Shown here one piece after another: positions 7,581 to 15,114 of a DNA stretch of 15,114 nt. Location: assembly GCA_046757025.1 (NCBI GenBank), contig JBHHXN010000127.1:1-15114 (forward strand). Direction: 5' to 3'. This DNA is from a bacterium. GTDB lineage: Bacteria > Zhuqueibacterota > Zhuqueibacteria > Oceanimicrobiales > Oceanimicrobiaceae. Both the position numbers and the translations under genes were made by a program. The notes beneath the pieces were generated by a model, which made no database searches, was not told where the DNA came from, and worked only from the letters and a program-made list of their open reading frames with translations. Every line of letters starts with the position of its first letter. The first letter of the stretch is position 1.

Positions 7581-7628
7581 GGTGTTCACGCTTTAGCGTG
7601 TTTTCCGGCAAGCTGAAGCTTGAACACC
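7581..7628. repeat. REP doublet (REPIN-like) between convergent genes
   Basis: GGTGTT-CACGC-ttta-GCGTG (7581-7600) and inverted CAAGC-tgaa-GCTTG-AACACC (7609-7628). Confidence 0.75.
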
Positions 7629-7680
7629 AAATCTTCCACCGATGATGAATCGCTCAGTTTAGGGATAATTTCAATTACCC

Positions 7681-9480
7681 TCAACCCGTCACTTTTCTCA
7701 CCATGGCCCGTCCCACAAACCGGAATTTATCGCCCAGTGCAAACCGTTTGAGCACGGTTTTTACCACCCCTTTGGTAAACCGGGTGCGTTTGGAATAATC
7801 GATTTTCACATCCACGATCACGGGTTGGCCCTTAGCAGCAAGTTTCAGTGCAGTGGGAATCACGGTATCGAGCGCGTCATTCTGCTGGATTTCCAGAAAA
7901 GCCGCGCCGGTGGCCGTGGCGATACCTACCAGTTTAATTTCGCCAAGAACCGTGCAGACCTTACGGTTGTACGGTATTTCCTGGCCTTGCGAAATTTGCG
8001 AAAGCTCGCCGTCATGAAACACGAAATACACCACCCCCACATTGTGCGTGGCGGCGGTCAGAATCTCCAGACCGGTCATCAAAAAAGCGCCGTCGCCCAC
8101 AATACCCACCACCTGCTTTTCAGGATTCGCAAGTTTGGCTGCGATAGCCGCAGGTACGCAATATCCCATACAATTAAAATCCGTAGGTAAAATGAAGTGT
8201 TTCGATTGATAAACTGGAAATAGCTCGGCGGCTAAATAAGTGTGGTTGCCATCGTCCACCACCGTGATTGCCTCGTCATCCAATCTGGCGCGAAGTTTCT
8301 CAAAAAACAGGGCGGGATTTACGGCATCTGCCATGACATGCTTTTTCCATTCGTTCAGGTAAGCCGCTTTGTCCAACTGAATTTGGTTTCGCAGAGGTCC
8401 TTTTTGCCGCACAGGCTGAAAGCCGTCATCTTTAAGCGCCTGCAACAGAGCCTGCAAAACCGCAGCCGCATCGCCGGCCAGGCTCACTTTAGCAGGATAA
8501 TTTTTATCGAACACAGCCGGGTCGATATCGATGTGAATGTGATTCTCCGGTACGGCTACACCGAAACTGCCGGTTGGAATTTCGCTGAAGCGGGCGCCCA
8601 CCGTCAGCAGGCAATCGCAATCTTTGAAGGCGTTTTCAGCCGCGGGAACGGAATGCCGGCCGAATCCCATGCCAGTATGCAGCGGGTGATTGGCTGGAAA
8701 GACGCTCAAGCCCTGCAGGGTGGTAGCCACCGGCACCTCCAGTAATTCCGCTAATTCAATCACCAGCTCTGGACAGTCCCGGCAGCCCCAGCCGAGAAAC
8801 AAGCCCGGCGATTTTGCAGCTTTGAGCAATTCGACTGTCTGCTGAATCTTGGATACATCTACGATGGTTTTCTCTTCCACCGGTTGAAATGTCGGCAGAA
8901 CCCCGACCTCGCCTTTGAACAACTGAATATTCACGGGAATTTCCACAAACACCGGGCCCGGGAATCCAGAAGTCGCCACTCGATACGCCTCAAAAATGGT
9001 CGGCACGATCTGCTTGTGGTCTTCGATTAAAAACGTCTTTTTAGTCACACCGGCCAGAACCCGATGTTGATCCCATTCATGCAGTTGATAGGATTTGTCG
9101 AGATCGCGACGAATCCCGCCGCAGATGATGAGCATGGGAATGCCATCGAGATACGCCTCACCGATGCCGCTCATAGCGTGGGTGACGCCGGCAGCCGGCA
9201 CGATTACCAGTGTTCCGATATTATTGGTCGTACGGCTGACGGCATCGGCCATGAATGCCGCACCGCCTTCGTGCGTCACCAGTACCGGCTGGATCTTCTG
9301 CGATTTGTTCAGCTCGTCGTAAATCTCTGTGTTGTGAACCCCCGGGATTCCGAAGGTGTGGGTGACCGGCAACTGCTCAAGGGCATAAACACACAAAAAG
9401 GCACCGGTTTTTTTGAGCGTTTTTTTTGACGTACTCTCCACTCTCTCTTCTGCTTTACTCATTTCATTAGTCGTTTGCAT
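7681..9480 (-). CDS. Thiamine-diphosphate-dependent enzyme, acetolactate synthase large-subunit-like
   Basis: FGIPGVH, THE (catalytic Glu), PGPVFVEIP, MGYCVPAAIAAKLA, GDGAF ThDP-binding motif. ATG 9480 is preceded by AGGAGG, so it is preferred over 9531. Confidence 0.9.
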   Translation of the reverse strand: MQTTNEMSKAEERVESTSKKTLKKTGAFLCVYALEQLPVTHTFGIPGVHNTEIYDELNKSQKIQPVLVTHEGGAAFMADAVSRTTNNIGTLVIVPAAGVTHAMSGIGEAYLDGIPMLIICGGIRRDLDKSYQLHEWDQHRVLAGVTKKTFLIEDHKQIVPTIFEAYRVATSGFPGPVFVEIPVNIQLFKGEVGVLPTFQPVEEKTIVDVSKIQQTVELLKAAKSPGLFLGWGCRDCPELVIELAELLEVPVATTLQGLSVFPANHPLHTGMGFGRHSVPAAENAFKDCDCLLTVGARFSEIPTGSFGVAVPENHIHIDIDPAVFDKNYPAKVSLAGDAAAVLQALLQALKDDGFQPVRQKGPLRNQIQLDKAAYLNEWKKHVMADAVNPALFFEKLRARLDDEAITVVDDGNHTYLAAELFPVYQSKHFILPTDFNCMGYCVPAAIAAKLANPEKQVVGIVGDGAFLMTGLEILTAATHNVGVVYFVFHDGELSQISQGQEIPYNRKVCTVLGEIKLVGIATATGAAFLEIQQNDALDTVIPTALKLAAKGQPVIVDVKIDYSKRTRFTKGVVKTVLKRFALGDKFRFVGRAMVRKVTG

Positions 9481-9482
9481 TT

Positions 9483-11105
9483 TTATCCTCCTGCGATGGC
9501 GTTTGCTGCGATTCTGCCGGTTAGAACACAACTACCCAAAAAGGTTCCTTCCAGCGAACGTTTACCATGAATGCCCCCGCCGCCAAAGCCGGCGGCTTCT
9601 CCTACTGCGTACAGCCCGGAAATGGCGTGACCATTTTTGCGCAACACTCGGCACTTAAGATCCGTTTGGATGCCGCCCAGACTTTTGCGGCTCAAAATAA
9701 ATTCCCGGATGGCAATCAGCGGCAACGCTTTGGGATCCAAGATTTTTTGGAATTTGCACAGCCGCATTCGGTCACCGCGATAACTGCGAAAATTCGTGAG
9801 TCGACGCAATTGCTCGTCGTTGAAAAAGCGAACGCCGCGCTCGATTTCAGCATCGTATGCCGCTATTTCATCAGTCAGCAGATCAGCGTCCACCTGATAT
9901 TCGTTGTCCAGTTCATTCATTTTACGGGCGAGCTCGGCAACAGAATCTGCGGTGACGAAATCCGGTGACTCATGAAGCAAGCGCTGCACCAGTTTTTTGT
10001 TGCCAAACACGACATCCAGAATCAAACGCAACTTCTTTTTTTCACGAAAAGCGGTCATGTAATCGCTGCCCGAAACCGCCAGCTCTTTGACTGCAATTTT
10101 CCAGTTGAGAATTTGCCAGGAATATTGACCTGGCTGCTTGCAGATTTGCTCAACCAGATAGCGCGTATCCGTGTATCCCACCAGCGGTGGCGGGCCGATG
10201 CGCTTGCCCAGCGCATTCATCCACAACGCCGAACGCGGCGGCACCAGACTCAATCCGTGTTGCCAGCGCTCCGGCTTTGGGTGAGGAATGCCCGCGGCGT
10301 AGTGCCACTGTCGATCGAGATGCGTGACATTCCCTCCTGCTTCCTCCACCAATTCATGCAGCATACCATCGGCATATCGATGCGAACCGTTCAGTATGGT
10401 TTTCGGCGGTTCCCCCCAATCACGGTTCCAGTAGCTGCGCACTTTGCTCAAATCGCCGCCGCAAATTCCGCCAGCAGCCACCACCACCGCTTCACCAGTT
10501 GCAGAAAATGCTTCCTCGTTTGCTTCCAGAACGCCAGCACAGCCGGTGATGGCGCCATTTTGCATAATCAGATCATTGACTCGATGCCCAAATTTCATCT
10601 GCAGGTTTTTTCTTTGTGGATGCCGTTCGAGATGCGCCAGGATGGATTCGACCATGCCGCGGCCCGTGCCCCAGGCAATATGCCAACGCGGCACGGAATT
10701 GCCGCGATAGAACATGCCGCGTTCCGGCCAGTTCACTACCGGCAAAAATTCCACCGACTTCTCAGTTAACCAGTTAAAGATGTACTCCAACGAGCTGTAT
10801 ACATACATTTCAGCCCACTTGCGTGGCCAGTGATCGGCAGCGTCAAATTGGGCGTAGCTCAACCAATCAGATAGCGCCAGCTCAGGCTGATCGCGAATGC
10901 CGGACTTGCGCTGCATTGGCGTATCCACTATCATGATGCCGCCGAAAGACTCTTTAGCAAGACCGCCAAAATTTTCCTGCCGGTCGCGGTCTAAAATGAG
11001 CACGTTTTTACCGTATTCTAACAGCTCATACGCGGTGACAATTCCCGCCAGACCGCCGCCAACGATGATCACCTCTGCGGAATAGTGATTTTTGCTGCTC
11101 GACAA
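9483..11105 (-). CDS. FAD-binding dehydrogenase (FAD_binding_2; KsdD/fumarate-reductase flavoprotein-like)
   Basis: IIVGGGLAG Rossmann motif, GGLAKESFGG, NSVPRWHIAWGTG, RKSLGGIQTD, GLYAVGEAAGFGGGGIHG, LEGTFLGSCVLTGR; TTG start. Confidence 0.9.
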   Translation of the reverse strand: MSSSKNHYSAEVIIVGGGLAGIVTAYELLEYGKNVLILDRDRQENFGGLAKESFGGIMIVDTPMQRKSGIRDQPELALSDWLSYAQFDAADHWPRKWAEMYVYSSLEYIFNWLTEKSVEFLPVVNWPERGMFYRGNSVPRWHIAWGTGRGMVESILAHLERHPQRKNLQMKFGHRVNDLIMQNGAITGCAGVLEANEEAFSATGEAVVVAAGGICGGDLSKVRSYWNRDWGEPPKTILNGSHRYADGMLHELVEEAGGNVTHLDRQWHYAAGIPHPKPERWQHGLSLVPPRSALWMNALGKRIGPPPLVGYTDTRYLVEQICKQPGQYSWQILNWKIAVKELAVSGSDYMTAFREKKKLRLILDVVFGNKKLVQRLLHESPDFVTADSVAELARKMNELDNEYQVDADLLTDEIAAYDAEIERGVRFFNDEQLRRLTNFRSYRGDRMRLCKFQKILDPKALPLIAIREFILSRKSLGGIQTDLKCRVLRKNGHAISGLYAVGEAAGFGGGGIHGKRSLEGTFLGSCVLTGRIAANAIAGG

Positions 11106-11234
11106 TTTAATTTCTCAGTACTTAATAAATAATATTTGTTTCCAGTTAAAAGATGTAGCAATAGACAATAACTGCCAATAAATAAGTATTAAGACCTTAT
11201 TCTATTGTAAAACTTGAATTGATTATTAGGCGGT

Positions 11235-11277
11235 GCCCCCCCTTTGTCCCCCCTCAAAGGGGGATTCAGAGGGGGGC
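11235..11277. repeat. GC-rich REP-like hairpin (CCCCC…AAGGGGGATT…GGGGG type), possible terminator or RNA-stabilising stem
   Basis: gccccccctttg-tccccc-ctcaaa-ggggga-ttcagaggggggc folds into one long stem within AT-rich intergenic DNA. Confidence 0.65.
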
Positions 11278-11345
11278 TGCACAAATTCTTATCAAAGATA
11301 TTTTAAACCGAACGTTCGTGAATAAATATATTTCAAAAGCGGAAC

Positions 11346-12476
11346 TCAACGCCCAAACTCATCTATTACCCTTTTCAAATGATCATCATATTTTACCGAC
11401 ATTTCCTGCCAGTCATATTTTTTTACTACCGATTGTAAACAATTATTTTGCAGATGGTCACGATTTTCAATAATGTAAACCAATTGCGCCACCAGCTCAT
11501 CAAAGCCGTGATAAAAATATTTTGCATGCAGCTCAGTTGGAATCAGCTCTGGATAAGCCAAACGTTGTGGCAGAACTGGCCAACAACCACAGTACACAGC
11601 CTCCACCACGCTGGCGCCAAAAAAATCCTGGTGGGAGGTCACGGGCAAAATGTCTGCGCGCCAGAGCCATCGGGCGTACTCAGCGAAATCTTCCACAAAA
11701 CCAAATTGCACCACTTTGCTACCGAGTCGTTTTCGCCCTTCCTCGAATTCTGCCGGCTGCTGGCTGAAACACTCCCCAAGCACCGCGACCTCGAATTGCC
11801 AGCCCTCCTCTGCCACCGCAGCAAGCGCCTGAAAAAACTCGGTGGGATTTTTATCGAACTCCCAGCGGTGATTCCAGAGAATTAGCGGCCTGCATGATTT
11901 CGAATGTGGGTTGGCGCGCTCAATATTATATTTATCGAATCGCCTCAGATCCAGACCCAGTGGCAAAACCTGACTTTTGCTTCGAATCAAGTCCATATTT
12001 TCTAATTCCCGGTGATCAGGGAAATGCTTCAGAAAACGCTGCAACTCTTCAAAAAAAGAGTCTTTGTGAAAAGACGAATTAAAAAAAACCGCATCAGCGG
12101 CCAGCGCGCTGGCGTAGTTGATAAATCCGTAGTGCCGGTCGCGTTGATGAACAACATCGCGATCATTTGGCGACCAGGGGTAGGTCAACTGGTTTTCGTG
12201 GAAGTAAAGTGCCACTGGCAGGTCAGCGGTCATTTGCCTGGTTAAAGTCAGAAACGTAGTCAGGTCAAGCATATCCGTTGCCAGCAGCAGATCGGGTTGG
12301 AAGTTCGATTCAAAAAATTGCCGGGCCAGAGAAACCGCGCCGCCGTGCATGCGCCATTTCCAGAATTTGCCAGACAAGCTCAGTATTTCAACCTGGTGCT
12401 GACTGTGCTCAACATACCCCTCAGCCCAGGCCTTATGGGAGCCGGTAAAATAGGGTTCGAGTATTAATATTTTCAC
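11346..12476 (-). CDS. DUF3524-containing GT-B glycosyltransferase (GTDC1 / tRNA-queuosine alpha-mannosyltransferase-like)
   Basis: LEPYFTGSH..W, KWRM.GGA, YFHENQLTYP, N..SALAAD.V.FNS.FH, ILWNHRWEFDKNP..FF, HQDFFG.SVVEAV.CG..P.LP.RL.YPE motifs; GTG start. Confidence 0.88.
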   Translation of the reverse strand: MKILILEPYFTGSHKAWAEGYVEHSQHQVEILSLSGKFWKWRMHGGAVSLARQFFESNFQPDLLLATDMLDLTTFLTLTRQMTADLPVALYFHENQLTYPWSPNDRDVVHQRDRHYGFINYASALAADAVFFNSSFHKDSFFEELQRFLKHFPDHRELENMDLIRSKSQVLPLGLDLRRFDKYNIERANPHSKSCRPLILWNHRWEFDKNPTEFFQALAAVAEEGWQFEVAVLGECFSQQPAEFEEGRKRLGSKVVQFGFVEDFAEYARWLWRADILPVTSHQDFFGASVVEAVYCGCWPVLPQRLAYPELIPTELHAKYFYHGFDELVAQLVYIIENRDHLQNNCLQSVVKKYDWQEMSVKYDDHLKRVIDEFGR

Positions 12477-12570
12477 TGCACTTTTAAGTCATTTTTTCTA
12501 ATGGAGAATCTGAACAAGTTTCAGTTTCAAAGAGCAATAGGTGCACTTGATTTTCTCAGTTAGCCCGATT

Positions 12571-12723
12571 TCAAAGTGCTATTTTGAAATTTATTGTGTT
12601 TTGTCCTTTACCACTGTTACCACATAGTGACAAGCCATCGTCATGGTCATCCAACATGATCTGGCCGTCACAATTGCTTCACTTGTATTCGCCTTTTCCA
12701 GGTTTTTCTCCCACATGATACAA
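12571..12723 (-). pseudogene. Small zinc-ribbon-type protein (GEKPGKG.Y.C..C family) with an in-frame TGA at the first Cys position; pseudogene or possible selenoprotein
   Basis: Translation from TTG 12723: MYHVGEKPGKGEYK*SNCDGQIMLDDHDDGLSLCGNSGKGQNTINFKIAL*. TGA at 12681-12679. Not in the ORF track. Confidence 0.62.
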
Positions 12724-12891
12724 ATTATTTCAGCTTCAGACTTCAATGGTTACAGGTTTATTTGGCGGTATTCTTTGTTCGTGCTGAAAAAGAAAAATCC
12801 CGCAACTTGGACATAAATTCAGAATGTATCTATGATCAGTTGAGGGATAATAAATCTTGATTCCTGCCCATCGAGAATGGCTGGAAGATAA

Positions 12892-13194
12892 TCAAAAATC
12901 AGTAGCGTCAAAGATATTTTTGTTTATCAGAATCTCATTGTATTGCGCACCATCCATCGGACAATTTAGCAAATCAATTGCCTCTGAGTTTTTGTCAAGC
13001 TTTAATTGCTTTCGTATAAGTAGCAACAAACTTTTGCCTAATTCCTTCTCTTTCTTGGAATGTGAGAAATATGTATAAGCTCCGGTCTCTTTTCCTTTGT
13101 GTTCATGATGAAAATATATGTGATGGCTATTTTCTACCTTACGGAATCCCTTCTTAGACAAACTCTTCATAGCCTTTCGACGGTCAATTGCCAT
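12892..13194 (-). CDS. HicA-like toxin (dsRBD-fold mRNA interferase)
   Basis: Basic 100-aa protein with L.KKGF…NSHHIYF (equivalent to the HicA GSH catalytic His), then T.FSH…ELGK.LL..I.KQL. Confidence 0.68.
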   Translation of the reverse strand: MAIDRRKAMKSLSKKGFRKVENSHHIYFHHEHKGKETGAYTYFSHSKKEKELGKSLLLLIRKQLKLDKNSEAIDLLNCPMDGAQYNEILINKNIFDATDF

Positions 13195-13637
13195 TAAGAA
13201 GCCTCTTCAAAAAGCTGTTCGTAAATCTCTTTCAGTTTTTTTGCCTGACCTGTTACTCTATCCCAGGTAAGCTGTTTGTAATGTTTATAGAAATAAATAA
13301 CGTGCTGGCAAAAATCCTCAATTGCTTCTTGTTCGTTATCTCCAGAAGCATAGATTTCAAGAGATTCATTTTCAGCGAAATAGGTACCATTTTCTCTGGT
13401 AATCACAACTTCGATTGGTTTAAATGAATAGACTTTTAGACCTGTAGCTTTGAATTGCCATTTCGGAAATGTTTTCGCCCAAGTTCTCTGCAAATATTCT
13501 TTAGGATCAAAATCAACTGCGGTAGATTCTAATGAGTCAACCTCATAATCACCAAAAGGAATATCGAACTTTCTACTTCTTATCCAATCGTAACTATCTT
13601 CAATATCCTGGTAGGCTTGCGCATTAGCAAAATTCAT
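13194..13637 (-). CDS. HicB-like antitoxin (partial RNase H fold) with ~70-aa N-terminal extension and no C-terminal DNA-binding domain
   Basis: PIEVVITRENGTYFAENESLEIYASGDNEQEAIEDF..H matches the HicB-N pattern (strand-strand, A.G.T.EEA helix); acidic; TAATG overlap with the HicA-like gene. Confidence 0.62.
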   Translation of the reverse strand: MNFANAQAYQDIEDSYDWIRSRKFDIPFGDYEVDSLESTAVDFDPKEYLQRTWAKTFPKWQFKATGLKVYSFKPIEVVITRENGTYFAENESLEIYASGDNEQEAIEDFCQHVIYFYKHYKQLTWDRVTGQAKKLKEIYEQLFEEAS

Positions 13638-14341
13638 ATTTTTTCACCTCGTAGATATTGTCTATATTTTTCAGTGATGGACTTTTCAAATAGTGCACGA
13701 GCTTCGACGTGAGCTTGTTGCACATTCTTCTCAATGTTCTTTATCGACAAGTTTTCTTTCATACCGAAATCAATGTCCAAAATAAATACTTCGTGACAAG
13801 TTTTGGGTTCGCTTGCTGTTTGAAGCTTTGTCGTAATGGATCCCTCTTTTATTCTTGTCACAAAAGTCATGTCTAAATTCTCAAAATCCGCACCGTTTGT
13901 GTTTGGAAAGTCCAGTTGAAAGTTAAAGAAATCGGCTAAAGGAACCAATCCACCTTCTCTACCAAACGGGATCACATTGATATATCTCCAACCCAAACGA
14001 GTAGGTTCTTGGATTTCATATGTGCCTAAGAGTGCTTTCCAGGAATTCAAGAATTCGCTTATAAACTTCTTATGACCTTCGTACTTTTTATCATAGTGAG
14101 AGAATTTGTCAATTGATAATAATATTCCCGCGTCATTTTCCACATTTTCAAATCTATATTGCAATAAAGCTGGAGCACCACCACCAGGAGGAAGATATGG
14201 AACTAAAATGTTTGGATACTTTTCTTTAATCCTCCCATAATAATCGTTTCTCCGGCATTCTATTTCCAAATTCCGTTGAAAACGTAGTTCACAAACCACC
14301 TCGATCAATGGTGAATTAAGGTAAACTTCATTTAGATTCAT
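13634..14341 (-). CDS. TIGR04255-family-like protein
   Basis: Y.NSPLIEVVCELRF N-terminus, Y..HK.F, R.GWRYINVI, FILDID, AH..AR.LFE.SITE. ATG 14341 preferred over TTG 14383. ATGA overlap with the next gene. Confidence 0.8.
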   Translation of the reverse strand: MNLNEVYLNSPLIEVVCELRFQRNLEIECRRNDYYGRIKEKYPNILVPYLPPGGGAPALLQYRFENVENDAGILLSIDKFSHYDKKYEGHKKFISEFLNSWKALLGTYEIQEPTRLGWRYINVIPFGREGGLVPLADFFNFQLDFPNTNGADFENLDMTFVTRIKEGSITTKLQTASEPKTCHEVFILDIDFGMKENLSIKNIEKNVQQAHVEARALFEKSITEKYRQYLRGEKI

Positions 14342-14694
14342 ACTTGATCGATTATTGTTGGTTATACGTATATATGTGCTCAATGATAGTCAAAACACAC
14401 AAAATAATCAACACATTTCTTCGCACTACTCGTAACCGGAATAAAATTTTTCGATATATCAAAAACGTCCAAAGAGTACAATTTCTTCAATCCGTGTGGA
14501 TTCGATGGATGACTTGAGCTACTAAGAAATAGATTCAATCCAAAATTCAATAAGAAACAGGGTAGAACGTGAAAAGAAATACGCCTCTGTTTCAACAGCT
14601 TTAAAATGTGTTAGATATCCAAATTATTTATGATAATTTTGTCCCAACTAATTGTTTTCTACTGAATTGGTCCATGGAATAGACCATTAATGAA

Positions 14695-14994
14695 TTATCT
14701 AAGTTGAACCCCACATTTTGAACAGAATTTTGGATTAATGGATTTCCCAAGATATTTTTCACAGGAATGACATCTCCAATTTATAAACGAAAAAATAAGT
14801 GCCCCAACTACTGCTGCGAAACCAATTACAAATACTATATTATTCGGGAGTCCAAAAAAGTTCGATTGTGGATTATCACCAAGCCAAATTATAATAATAA
14901 AGACTAACACCAATGGTACAGAAACCATAATCTGACGCGTTCTGTTGGTTCTGAATTGACTTGCCATTCGTTGGTCTAATGTTTTGATTTCCAT
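14695..14994 (-). CDS. Small membrane protein with two TM helices and a C-terminal CxxC…CxxC zinc ribbon
   Basis: GGAGG RBS, two hydrophobic segments, WRCHSCEKYLGKSINPKFCSKCG. Confidence 0.75.
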   Translation of the reverse strand: MEIKTLDQRMASQFRTNRTRQIMVSVPLVLVFIIIIWLGDNPQSNFFGLPNNIVFVIGFAAVVGALIFSFINWRCHSCEKYLGKSINPKFCSKCGVQLR

Positions 14995-15114
14995 CCCTTC
15001 CTCCGAATTATTAATTTATTCAAGTTTCGCAGTTGTGTAATCAATTGTTTTGTAGTGCATTTTCTTAACCGGCATTCACATAATTCCTTATAATAACTAT
15101 CGTTAGAGAAATTC

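Noticed and set aside
7825..12245. Numerous plus-strand ORFs (e.g. 9972..10769, 8242..8745, 11448..11885)
   Set aside because: Antisense shadows of well-supported minus-strand genes, with no motifs of their own
14380..14595. 71-aa ORF upstream of the TIGR04255 gene as a fourth operon member
   Set aside because: TTG start without an RBS, no recognisable motif, and its overlap depends on the less likely 14383 start
14589..14650. Integron attC site between the small accessory genes
   Set aside because: A GTTAGAT core is present, but there is no complementary core at a suitable distance and no pairing arms

Overview
Bacterial (diderm) genomic window with three parts. (1) 1-3100: an ArsR/SmtB repressor (LCVCE site, with its own sigma70 promoter and operator) is divergent from an intact OprO/P-like porin. 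The porin is followed by the remains of a Tat-exported redox module: a TtrB/NrfC-type 4x[4Fe-4S] subunit with two premature stops, and the signal-peptide stub of the next subunit, interrupted by a 153-bp MITE (24-bp TIRs, 9-bp TSD). (2) 3339-12476: a secreted MBL-fold hydrolase, a CatA-like acetyltransferase, a VOC protein, a multi-TM protein with an EEP domain resembling Cwh43/PGAP2IP, a coupled FAD dehydrogenase + ThDP enzyme pair, and a DUF3524/GTDC1(QTMAN)-like glycosyltransferase, with several REP-like hairpins between genes. (3) 12480-15114: an AT-rich accessory block. It holds an unannotated zinc-ribbon mini-gene with an in-frame UGA at a Cys position, a translationally coupled three-gene operon (TIGR04255-like protein, HicB-like protein with a long N-terminal extension, HicA-like toxin) and a small 2-TM zinc-ribbon protein. 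The three-gene operon is the best candidate for an undescribed tripartite toxin-antitoxin or defence system. All family calls come from motif recognition by eye; no searches were run.
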